Below, piece after piece: positions 8,597 to 17,375 of a stretch of DNA of 43,233 nucleotides; the first letter of the stretch is position 1; each line of letters begins with the position of its first letter. The stretch comes from Candidatus Bathyarchaeota archaeon (GTDB lineage Archaea; Thermoproteota; Bathyarchaeia; Bathyarchaeales; DTEX01). Both the position numbers and the translations under genes were made by a program. The stretch is taken from contig JAGTQL010000001.1 in the NCBI GenBank assembly GCA_018396555.1, forward strand, positions 22,273 through 65,505, written 5' to 3'. Below the pieces are notes generated by a model. It saw only the letters and a program-made list of their open reading frames with translations. It made no database searches and was not told the origin of the DNA.

Positions 8597-10621
8597 CTAC
8601 TTCCTCGCTTTGACGCGCCATATGACTATCCCCGCTATGGCTGCGCCGGCTGCGGCGACTATTATTATGAAGTTTAGGGTGCCCAGTCCGAAGAAGGGTT
8701 TTTTAGCGATATATATCGTTTCTGTCACTGTTTGGTAGGCTTCAAGCGTTATTTCTATGCTTCCCTCCTCGTATCCTCCTTTTGCTGCTTTGAATCTGTA
8801 TGATCCAGCTGGGATACCCATGAATGTTACGGAGCCGTCTTCGCCGGTTGTGCTGCTTAGGGATGAGATCCCGCCTGGCTGCGATGTTGAGGTGACCTCT
8901 GCCTCTGACACCGGGTTTCCATCTCTATCCTTAACGTATAGGCGGATGACCCCGATTGGGGCCGCTGGGACAACTGTTATCTGGATTTTTCCAGATCCGC
9001 TTATTAGCCCGGTTTTAGAGGCATCCACTGAGATTGTGCATATTGTTTTCGAGTATACGGTTGGAGCTGTGAAGACAACTGTGTAGTATCCATTTCTTTC
9101 ATCTGTTACTGATGATAGGATCCCGCCGCTGTCTGAGGAGATTTTTATCGCCGCGCCTGGAACAGGGGTTACGTTGTTGGCTGAAACGTATATTCTTATT
9201 GTGGATTGCTCCCTAGATTTTATAGAGTCGGGGTTCGCTGTGGCTGAAACATACAGTTTGTATTCGTCTATAATATACGTTGTCATTTTTGTTTTTCCTA
9301 AAGCGTAGCCTGCTGCGATGGCTGTGATTTCTGTTGAGCCAGCTGTAATTGTTGAGTGGAAGGCTGCGGTGGAATATGTTTCGCCGTATTGGATGACCAT
9401 TGTTTGATCCACGTATCCCACGTCGGTGACGGATGAAAATAAGCTTACGCTTACGTTCCCTGTGGGGTCTCTTGCCGGTGTTCCCTTATCATCCTGGAGC
9501 TGCACTATAACCGCCTTATAGGAGCGGTCGTCAGCTGGAAGCGATGAGGGGGCAACGTAAACCGCGAGCCTTGAGGGAATAGGCCCCACCGTTGTTACGG
9601 ATTCTTTGCTGCTCATGTAGCCGGTTGCTGCAGCCGTTATTTCGGTTCTTCCAGACTTGAACGTTGAGTAGAACTTCGCCACGGCGCATGTTTCTCCCCT
9701 ACTTATTATGATTGACTCGTCGACTCTTCCAACGCTGATGTCTGATGAGGACAGCGACACAATTATGTTGTTTTCCGCCCTGGCTATGTTACCTTTTGAG
9801 TCCTGAAGTTGGATGGCGATCGCCTCGTATATGATGCCTTCGGCTGGAACACTTGGGGGGCTGACGAAAACCTCAAGTTTTGTTGCTTTTTCAGCGGAGA
9901 CATTTTGCGTTTTGACTGTGGCTTGCGCTGAGGAGTAGCCCTGCGCCATAGCCGTTATTGTTGTTGTTCCAGCATCGTTAGTTGTATAGAATCTAGCCAC
10001 AGCACATGTTTCTCCGCCCTTTATAATCACCGAGGGATCGGTTGTGCCAACCATGCTGTTAGAGGATGATAGTGTCACCCTTACGTCTCCTATCGGTGCT
10101 TTCGCCGGTGAACCGCCTGAATCCTGCAGCTGCACTATTATGGCGTCATATGCGCCCCTGTCGGCTGGGAGAACCGGTGGGAGCACGTAAACCGCGAGCT
10201 TTGAGGGTATCGGCCCAACTGTTGTTATGGGTTCCTGGACTGTTGCGAATCCTGAGGCTGCCGCCGTTATTGTTGTTGTTCCAGGCGTGTAGGTTGAGTA
10301 GAATTTGGCTGAGGCGTATGTTTCCCCTTTACGTATTGTGATCACCGGGTCAACTGACCCTATGTATGTGTTTGAGGATGATAGGTGGATTTCTATGTCT
10401 TCCGTTGCTCTCGCCGGCTTGCCCTTTGCGTCCTGTAACTGCACGAATATGGCTTCGTAAACTCTGTTGTCGGCGGGAACCTTAGGTGGGCCAACGTATA
10501 TTTTCAGTTTTGATGGCTGCGATGAGGCGGGTGTGATGAAGAGGCTTATGTTAAGCGTTATGTAGAGGCATATGGATGCGAGAAGAACGATTGCTAACTT
10601 AGAGGGGGTTTTAACTGGCAT
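8597..10621 (-). CDS. Cell-surface protein with four Ig-like (invasin/Big-type) repeats, further beta-sandwich domains and a C-terminal TM anchor
   Basis: Signal peptide; four copies of KL.VYV.PP.(V/L)PAD..Y.AI.VQLQD..G; C-terminal hydrophobic helix followed by a basic tail. Confidence 0.8.
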   Translation of the reverse strand: MPVKTPSKLAIVLLASICLYITLNISLFITPASSQPSKLKIYVGPPKVPADNRVYEAIFVQLQDAKGKPARATEDIEIHLSSSNTYIGSVDPVITIRKGETYASAKFYSTYTPGTTTITAAASGFATVQEPITTVGPIPSKLAVYVLPPVLPADRGAYDAIIVQLQDSGGSPAKAPIGDVRVTLSSSNSMVGTTDPSVIIKGGETCAVARFYTTNDAGTTTITAMAQGYSSAQATVKTQNVSAEKATKLEVFVSPPSVPAEGIIYEAIAIQLQDSKGNIARAENNIIVSLSSSDISVGRVDESIIISRGETCAVAKFYSTFKSGRTEITAAATGYMSSKESVTTVGPIPSRLAVYVAPSSLPADDRSYKAVIVQLQDDKGTPARDPTGNVSVSLFSSVTDVGYVDQTMVIQYGETYSTAAFHSTITAGSTEITAIAAGYALGKTKMTTYIIDEYKLYVSATANPDSIKSREQSTIRIYVSANNVTPVPGAAIKISSDSGGILSSVTDERNGYYTVVFTAPTVYSKTICTISVDASKTGLISGSGKIQITVVPAAPIGVIRLYVKDRDGNPVSEAEVTSTSQPGGISSLSSTTGEDGSVTFMGIPAGSYRFKAAKGGYEEGSIEITLEAYQTVTETIYIAKKPFFGLGTLNFIIIVAAAGAAIAGIVIWRVKARK

Positions 10622-10774
10622 TTCAATCTCACTTATTACAATTCTTCCATGGTTAATATATTAATATTTTTTGAACTTGAAATAAATATTATTAGCCCTA
10701 CCGATGAAATTCTTCGGAGCACGCATAATAGATGCCTCTATATTGCTATGCTTATCAGAAGGCATAAAAGTCTA

Positions 10775-10913
10775 CGCTCATATAAAGGAGACAGTACATA
10801 GCTTCTAAATTATATTCTTCTTCATAATTTCTGTTCCAGCAAAGCCTGTTTTGGTCTTATTTTGGAGGAATTATTAAATGAAAAAACCATGTATCATCAG
10901 CTTAATATGAACA
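10775..10913. mobile_element. MITE, copy 1 (CGCTCATATAAAG ends, 8-bp TSD AAAGTCTA)
   Basis: Aligns end to end with the reverse complement of 28253-28392. AAAGTCTA occurs at 10767-10774 and 10914-10921. Right TIR is degenerate. Confidence 0.85.
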
Positions 10914-10961
10914 AAAGTCTAAAGAAAACAGTTAAACATGCGTTAGAAATAGTTATAAAAA

Positions 10962-11650
10962 ACCCTAGTTCCCATCAAATTTAAGTTCTCATCTTGGCTA
11001 GATTAGGTTTATGAACTATGGTGAGATGGTATCGTTCGTTAAGAGGGCTATATCTGCGGTTGTTGATGTGCATTATCCTAGTAAGGCAAACCATGAGAGG
11101 ATGAGCTTTCATGACCTAATAGCCTTCGCTGTAATGGCTCGCATAGTGTTCTATGGAGCATATAGGAAGGCCCTATAGGTTCTTCGTGGATGAGTTGAAT
11201 CTCTTCCCCAACGTAAGGTACAATAAGGTTGTTGAGAGGCTTAATCGATACGAGGGGCTCCTCATAGGTGCTTAAGGCTATTCAAGCTGGAGGGGAAGCC
11301 ATTCTCGTTGATACTAAGCCTATAGCGACGAAGAAGCTTGTAAGGTTCGGGAGACATGGGAAGAGGGGCGAATCATCCATCATCAAGGAAGAAGAGAGTA
11401 TAGACTATAACCCATTAAAAGGGGGTTCTACGTAGGTTATAAGGCTACATGCTCTACAGATGGGAGATACATAAACCTCCCATCATGTAGATCCAGCCAA
11501 TAAGCATGACCTAACAATCGTAAGGGGGAGGAGGGATGAAATAGAGAAAAGAGAAATAAGATCTTTGATAAAGGCTTCTTCTCAGTTAAAATGCGAGGAT
11601 TTGTTAATAATAACATGGGATTACGAGGATGAAATTAAGGTAGAAAACAA
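10962..11650 (+). mobile_element. IS982-family element remnant (frameshifted transposase, left end ACCCTAGTTCC)
   Basis: Fragments HYPSKANHERMSFHDLIAFA, LNLFPNVRYNKVVERLNRYE, VDTKPIATKKL, GYK..CSTDG, DPANKHD and FDKGF resemble Thermococcales IS982 transposases. IS982 ends begin with ACCC. Confidence 0.85.
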
Positions 11651-11675
11651 AAAATAGTTTTAAAACCTTTGTGGA

Positions 11676-11860
11676 AATGGTTGCTTGGAATTAGCAAGTG
11701 AATTCCTAGAAGATGCGAAACTATGCCTAGCGCACTTAAGACTAAGATCCGCCGTAAACAATGCCTACTACGCTATGTTCCATGCATTTGCAAGCAATCC
11801 TAGCAGTTAAGGGAGTAAGCCCTCAAAAACCCATAAGGAAATAAGAGAAAAGCTCATGAA
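11676..11860 (+). pseudogene. HEPN-domain (UPF0332-type) gene fragment
   Basis: LELASEFLEDAKLCL..LRSAVNNAYYAMFHA, a frameshift, then AILAVKG..KTHKE. Confidence 0.75.
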
Positions 11861-11911
11861 GTAGAAATAGAAAGCGATTTAGTGCAGAATTAACGGAATT
11901 TTGCTTTCGGA

Positions 11912-11965
11912 CAAAAAATTTTGGAGATAAATGTTTGGAATACCCTCCATAGGCAAGAAATATTC
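11912..11965 (+). repeat. Degenerate, internally deleted copy of methyltransferase gene segment 12937-13012
   Basis: 25-bp exact match TTTGGAGATAAATGTTTGGAATACC (11920-11944 = 12944-12968), followed by ..ATAGGC^AAGAAATATTC. Confidence 0.85.
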
Positions 11966-12095
11966 CTAAAAATATCATATTTCTTAAATTATTAAGGAAT
12001 ATGAATGCCGGCCTAATTTTGTCATAGGAAATGGGTGGAAAATTAATTAGAGGCGAGAGGAAAAAATAAAATAATATGAGAAAGCTGCGGAGTTA

Positions 12096-13853
12096 ATGGA
12101 AGTGGAGGAGACTCTTGATCGATTGCTTAATCTAGGTGTAAAACGTGAGAGAAAACCTATTTCTAAGGTTGTGAAAGCAAAACCTCATAGTCCAGTCTAT
12201 ACTATGCATAAATTTTGGGCTCGTAGGCCATATAATGTATTCGCTGAGCTCATTAATCACTATTCGGAGCCCGGTGACATTGTGCTGGATCCGTTTTGCG
12301 GCGGCGGGGTCACGGTTGTCGAGTCGCTCCGTCTTAGGAGGAAGGTTGTGGGGGTTGATGTAAATCCTCTGGCAACCTATGTTACCGAAATGGAGGTTAG
12401 GCCGCTAAACATTGAGAATTTTTGGCGGGAATTTGAGAAGATAAAAAATAGGTTGGAGCCTGAATTTTCCGAGTTATATAGAACTGCGTGTCCCCTATGC
12501 AGCGGCAGAGCGATTTTTGATTGGATGGAGTGGGCGGGAGATGAACCGACGAAAATGAAGTATATTTGTCCGAAATGTGGGGCAGGTATAAAAGAGGCAA
12601 CGCAAGAGGATGCCGCAATTGCGAGGGGTATAGAAGAAAGTTTTGACAGAATTGTTTCGGAGAGGCAGCTTTGGTATCCTAAGGCCGCTATACCGAAGGG
12701 TGACAAAACCGGTGGCATAATAAATGATGGTTATCAATACTTTTGGCAGCTATTTACAAAAAGAAATCTGCTGGCCTTATCTCTGCTTTATAAGAAAATT
12801 TCCGAGGTAAAAGATCAGGAAGCGAGGGAATTTCTAAAATTTGCTTTTAGTAGTTCTCTTAAATGGGCAAGTAAGCAAAGCCACCTTAGGGGAGGAATTG
12901 TTGAGGGTTGGGCGATGCACGCCTACTGGATATATCCAAAAACTTTGGAGATAAATGTTTGGAATACCTTCTATAGGCGTTGCGTTGCTGTAGCGAGAGG
13001 CAAGAAATATTCTAATATAAATATAGGAAAATATTATAGGAGGGCGGAGTCCTTCAAGGAACTGCTTGACAATAGAGCAGCATGTCTAATATTAACGCAA
13101 TCCTCAACGAATCTTCCAATAGAAGATGAAAGCATTGATGTAGTTATCACGGATCCTCCCTATGGTGGCAATGTTAACTATGGAGAATTAGCCGATTACT
13201 GGACGGTGTGGCTTAACCATGATAAACTTATAGATAAAACTGAAGAAATAATAATTAATAAAAGCCAAAGAAAGGATCTTAACGATTACGAGCATGGATT
13301 AATGCTTGTTTTTAAGGAGTGCTATAGGGTTCTTAAAAAGGGAGGGAGCCTCGTCGCTACCTTCAATAGCAGAAACCTTAATGTGGTAGCTAGCTTCGTG
13401 ATTGCGGCCACGCAGGCAGGGTTCATTCTGCACCCTCAAGGACTGTTATATCAACCGCCAATTAAGGCCTACACTACCACATTCCACGCCATATTCGTAG
13501 GAGCCTTTGTTGGTGACTTCATTTTCACTTTCTATAAGCCAGTAGATCCTAAGGTGAATGAAGCATCCACAACTGCGGATTTAAACAATTTTAAGGAATG
13601 TATAGATGAACTCATTAAAAACCATGTGAATGAAAAGATAACCGAGCCTGAATTAAGAGAGAAAGCATATAAAGTTCTGATACCGTTCTTAGCAGCGCAT
13701 GCACGGACCGATATACGCATGTGCAGAGAAGCCGTCAATTATTTTGAGACGCAAATGAAAAAACTAGAACCTCACTTTAGAGAATTAAGAAAAAGAATTA
13801 TTGAAGAAAGGCGGAAAATCTTCTCCCTAAAACATAAAAGTTTAAGCAGATAA
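12096..13853 (+). CDS. Amino (N6A/N4C) DNA methyltransferase with Zn-ribbon insert
   Basis: HKFWARR; DPFCGGG (motif I); CPLC..CPKC; ITDPPY (motif IV). Confidence 0.9.
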   Translation: MEVEETLDRLLNLGVKRERKPISKVVKAKPHSPVYTMHKFWARRPYNVFAELINHYSEPGDIVLDPFCGGGVTVVESLRLRRKVVGVDVNPLATYVTEMEVRPLNIENFWREFEKIKNRLEPEFSELYRTACPLCSGRAIFDWMEWAGDEPTKMKYICPKCGAGIKEATQEDAAIARGIEESFDRIVSERQLWYPKAAIPKGDKTGGIINDGYQYFWQLFTKRNLLALSLLYKKISEVKDQEAREFLKFAFSSSLKWASKQSHLRGGIVEGWAMHAYWIYPKTLEINVWNTFYRRCVAVARGKKYSNINIGKYYRRAESFKELLDNRAACLILTQSSTNLPIEDESIDVVITDPPYGGNVNYGELADYWTVWLNHDKLIDKTEEIIINKSQRKDLNDYEHGLMLVFKECYRVLKKGGSLVATFNSRNLNVVASFVIAATQAGFILHPQGLLYQPPIKAYTTTFHAIFVGAFVGDFIFTFYKPVDPKVNEASTTADLNNFKECIDELIKNHVNEKITEPELREKAYKVLIPFLAAHARTDIRMCREAVNYFETQMKKLEPHFRELRKRIIEERRKIFSLKHKSLSR

Positions 13854-14360
13854 TTAAGTAAATACAGGTAAACCTAAAATTTTTAGTATATATTTTTCAA
13901 TATCACCGTATCCCCAGTGGACTCTATCTTTACCTATCGCCCAAAAAGGTTCCTCTCCCCCCTTTCGGTATACGTATGTCTTACCTCCTGCTCTAACAAA
14001 TCTTTCTCTCTCCTCTTTTCCCTCCCTAACCCATGTTTTCGCATCTATGATAAATATATCGCTTAAGTCATCAGGAGTTGATGCCATGAAAACTGGAAAT
14101 TCGTCTATTGCATACCTCTTTTTTGCCGCAGACCACCTAACGGTTGGATACTGCGTCTTGATCTTGCCCCATCTATCTTGACGGACAACTTCAACTTCGA
14201 TCGCAGCTACTTTGCAGTTTTCAAGAAACAGCTCCATATTGTGGTTCCTGCCAGGACCAAGCTCCGCTCGTAATGCTGCGATGTCTAGGAATTTTAGGTT
14301 AGATTTATATACTGCGCTGTTGTGGATAAGGGTATTGTGCAGGGAGAGATTCTTGCACAA
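13854..14360 (-). CDS. Putative PD-(D/E)xK-like endonuclease, N-terminus possibly lost
   Basis: ..ELF......IEVEV....W..YPTV....K.RY pattern. Convergent with and abutting the MTase stop. Confidence 0.5.
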   Translation of the reverse strand: MCKNLSLHNTLIHNSAVYKSNLKFLDIAALRAELGPGRNHNMELFLENCKVAAIEVEVVRQDRWGKIKTQYPTVRWSAAKKRYAIDEFPVFMASTPDDLSDIFIIDAKTWVREGKEERERFVRAGGKTYVYRKGGEEPFWAIGKDRVHWGYGDIEKYILKILGLPVFT

Positions 14361-14387
14361 ATAATCTAAAGGAGTTGAGAAAGTAGG

Positions 14388-14528
14388 ATGTCTGAGAGGA
14401 AGATGTATAAGGCTGTTTGCTCCGACTGCGGGCGTGAATGCGAGGTTCCCTTTGAGCCTGACCCAAATAGGCCTGTTTACTGCCGGGACTGCTGGGCTAA
14501 GAGGAGAAGGCAGAGGCGGAGATACTAG
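14388..14528 (+). CDS. CxxC-x17-CxxC zinc-ribbon small protein (46 aa)
   Basis: Below the ORF-track cutoff. Translates as MSERKMYKAVCSDCGRECEVPFEPDPNRPVYCRDCWAKRRRQRRRY. Confidence 0.92.
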   Translation: MSERKMYKAVCSDCGRECEVPFEPDPNRPVYCRDCWAKRRRQRRRY

Positions 14529-14721
14529 GTTTAAGCGCGCTTAAGAATAGCTTAAGTATAAGTCTTTAAGGGTTTTAACGTTTTTCAGGTTTTGCTAGTT
14601 TTGGGTTTAGCGCGCCATTTTTTCACTTTTTTGCGTGTGTAGTTGAGGGTTTGAAATAGGATGGGTTTAACTCTTGGAATGGATGGGGTCCCTCTCATGC
14701 CACTCTCGCCTGCGGGGTGCG

Positions 14722-14949
14722 CTATTTTTCCTTAAGTTTTTCCATTCTTTCGATTTCACGTTCGATTTTTTCCACGCATGCTTCTCTTACGAACGCTGAG
14801 CGGCTTGGCCAGTAGCCTAGCTCCTTAATGAGTTTGTCAATTTCTTCCAGGACCGGTAGGGGGACTGAGACTGCGCTGAATGCTACTCTGGCTTTTCTTC
14901 TCCCTTTTCTTCTTTTTCTTTCGGGTTCAGAAATTTCTCCAAGGTTCAT
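14722..14949 (-). CDS. Ribbon-helix-helix (CopG-type) regulator
   Basis: AVSVPLPVLEEIDKLIKELGYWPSRSAFVREAC. Confidence 0.85.
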   Translation of the reverse strand: MNLGEISEPERKRRKGRRKARVAFSAVSVPLPVLEEIDKLIKELGYWPSRSAFVREACVEKIEREIERMEKLKEK

Positions 14950-15125
14950 TTTTTATGCTCCTGCTTTTTAGGGCTTTTCGGACCTGCTTGTCCCTCAGCC
15001 ATGTCGTTAATAATATGAGTTTCCGATATATATGCTTATTTACATAGACGTGTTAAAGATGATGTGAATATTTATGATCGAATGTGTAGAAGCATGTGCA
15101 ATATTCAGAATATATATTGAGAGTT

Positions 15126-15178
15126 CATAAGTGAATTATGCTACTAAAGTTAAGTGAATTATTGCTGGTGAATTTATG
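15126..15178. promoter_or_regulatory. Repeated (TAA)GTGAATT(AT) motifs, candidate RHH operator
   Basis: TAAGTGAATTAT at 15128 and 15151 and GTGAATTT at 15168. The first copy lies within the inverted repeat CATAA-N5-TTATG. Confidence 0.5.
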
Positions 15179-15352
15179 GATGAAGAGGTGCTGCTGATAA
15201 AGATTCCGAGGGAGCTTCTGGATGAAGTAGATAGGCTTACGGAGCTTATGGGCTATGAAACCAGGGAGAAGTTCGTAGAGTCAGCGGTTAGAAGACTTGT
15301 AAACCAATATATGGAGAAAATCAGGCTTGTAGCTGCGCACGCCCAAACATGA
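15176..15352 (+). CDS. Ribbon-helix-helix (CopG-type) protein (58 aa)
   Basis: Below the ORF-track cutoff. Translates as MDEEVLLIKIPRELLDEVDRLTELMGYETREKFVESAVRRLV... Confidence 0.8.
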   Translation: MDEEVLLIKIPRELLDEVDRLTELMGYETREKFVESAVRRLVNQYMEKIRLVAAHAQT

Positions 15353-15626
15353 ACAAACATAATTATGAGTAATTATGCATGTGCACCCAAAAGGGGGAAG
15401 AGAGAATCTGCGGAATCATTAAGGGGTACTCACCTATTTTTTAGCTTTCTCCACTTTTAATCCAGTAGAGTGTAAGAACAGCTGCCAAGCGCATTATTTC
15501 AGAGAATTAGCGGCTCAGCAAGAAATTCCCAGGTCTTCATCTCTCTTTTTATAAGCTTAAAAATTTTCAGGGAAAAATAAAAAATGGGAGCTGGGAATTA
15601 AGCCCTGAGACTTGATCTCTGTTCTT

Positions 15627-16076
15627 TTATGGTAGTGTAACGGTTTTCGGGTATTCCTGTCCTCCGGCAGAGTGCAGCCGAACCTCAACGCTGACGCCAG
15701 AAACAAAGGGTTCACCGGAACCAATATTTATTACTATCGTAGTACTGTTGCCCACGCTAAGAGAAATCGGAAGACTCCTAGTAAGAGTAGCATTAAAAGT
15801 GTTGTATGGTTTACCATTTAACAGGACGTTGTCTATTGTTGCGTCGGCTGAACCCGTATTCTTCACATACACAGTTATAGTGAAATTTTTCACCGTAGCA
15901 TTATACTCTGCGTATATGCTGGTTATCTCCAGTTTTTCGTATCTTGTGTATAGTCCCGCTATGCCCCCCATCCAGTATGCGACTGCCACTGCGACGACGA
16001 TTGTTACGGCTACTAGGATTACTGTTGCGACAACAGGGCTTATACCCCGCTTATTTGCGCATAGACGTCTACTCAT
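15627..16076 (-). CDS. Archaeal type IV pilin/archaellin-like protein 1
   Basis: Class III signal peptide KRG|ISPVVATVILVAVTIV. Confidence 0.9.
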   Translation of the reverse strand: MSRRLCANKRGISPVVATVILVAVTIVVAVAVAYWMGGIAGLYTRYEKLEITSIYAEYNATVKNFTITVYVKNTGSADATIDNVLLNGKPYNTFNATLTRSLPISLSVGNSTTIVINIGSGEPFVSGVSVEVRLHSAGGQEYPKTVTLP

Positions 16077-16254
16077 GCATATCCCTTCAACAATAAGATA
16101 AATGTGCAATTACTGATATAAATATTTAATTATTCTAAAATACTTAATTATGATACTTAACGAAACATCTGAAAATTTAAATAGATAACGCCTTTCACAA
16201 GGCGCACTAAACGCCTAAAAAATAGCCCATAACAGCCTATGATAGCCTGCGATG

Positions 16255-16761
16255 CTAGGATATAGCCAAAGTCCTAATGTATTCTTGGCCAGCGGAGGAG
16301 CGCAGCCGAACCTCAACGGTGACGCCGGGAGTGAAGGGCCAGCTGGGATCACCGTCACATTTCGGTATCTCAATTGTGAACTCCACGATCTGCCCAACAT
16401 TCAAGGCGACTCCCTTGTCGGGGTTAAACGGTTCACCGCCCGCTTTAACGGTGATTGATAAGCCTCCTCCATGTGCGTAGTGGCTGAATGGTTTACCATT
16501 TAACAGGACACCCTCTATTGATGTGTCAGCTGAGCCCACATTCTTTAATGATATGGTTACGATCCATCCCTCCCCGCCGCTGCTGAGGGGGCCGCCTGCC
16601 GCATGAGCGTTAACTATCTCTATTTTTTCATATCTTGTGTATAGCCCTGCTACGCCTCCCATCCAGTAAGCTATCGCAACCGCGGAGACAACTGTTGCGG
16701 CCACCATGAGTATTGTTGCGACGATCGGGCTTATGCCCTTCTTATCGGCGTATATGCTCAT
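16255..16761 (-). CDS. Archaeal type IV pilin/archaellin-like protein 2
   Basis: KKG|ISPIVATILMVAATV; paralogous to protein 1. Confidence 0.9.
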   Translation of the reverse strand: MSIYADKKGISPIVATILMVAATVVSAVAIAYWMGGVAGLYTRYEKIEIVNAHAAGGPLSSGGEGWIVTISLKNVGSADTSIEGVLLNGKPFSHYAHGGGLSITVKAGGEPFNPDKGVALNVGQIVEFTIEIPKCDGDPSWPFTPGVTVEVRLRSSAGQEYIRTLAIS

Positions 16762-16895
16762 ATATAATCCCGGCGTCAATATGTAATATGTAATCACAAA
16801 TATAAATATTTAATTACAATAAAATATATGTGTATGACATTTAATTATAATATTTAGCAAAAATATAGACGCTGAATCAGTTCCCCGAAAACTAC

Positions 16896-17375
16896 TTATT
16901 TCAGCGTTATCTCCTTCGAATATTCGCCGCCGCTGGAGCGCAGCCCAACCTTAAGGATCACATTGGAAGTGAAGGGCGCAGCGGACTTAACGGTTATGAC
17001 TAAATTTTTCTCCTCACCCGCCTTCAAAACTATGTTAATTTTGCTTAAGTCCACCACTGGGGAACCGCCCGCCTCAAGGGTCAGCCGCCATGGGTCGCCG
17101 GCGTAATTTGCGCAAGGCTCCTGATTTAGCAGGATGTTCTCTATCACTACGTCGGCTGAACCCGTATTCTTCACCTGTATCACTATCCTCCATCCACCGT
17201 CAGCGCTCTCCGCGTATACGCCAACTAATCTTATCTCCTCTTTTGAGTATGATCCCGCGGCGCCGCTCAGCCAGTATGCGATCGCTATCCCAATGAGGAT
17301 CAATATGGACACTAGGATAACCGACGCGATAAAAGCGCTTACACCGCTTCTGTCAGCGAACGGATGCTTAGGCAC
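16896..17375 (-). CDS. Archaeal type IV pilin/archaellin-like protein 3
   Basis: RSG|VSAFIASVILV and shared VKNTGSAD..I.N.LLN motif. GTG start inferred. Confidence 0.85.
   Translation of the reverse strand: MPKHPFADRSGVSAFIASVILVSILILIGIAIAYWLSGAAGSYSKEEIRLVGVYAESADGGWRIVIQVKNTGSADVVIENILLNQEPCANYAGDPWRLTLEAGGSPVVDLSKINIVLKAGEEKNLVITVKSAAPFTSNVILKVGLRSSGGEYSKEITLK

Noticed and set aside
14531..14544. Perfect palindrome TTAAGCGCGCTTAA after the zinc-ribbon gene
   Set aside because: Single occurrence with no supporting context; may be chance or part of a terminator region.
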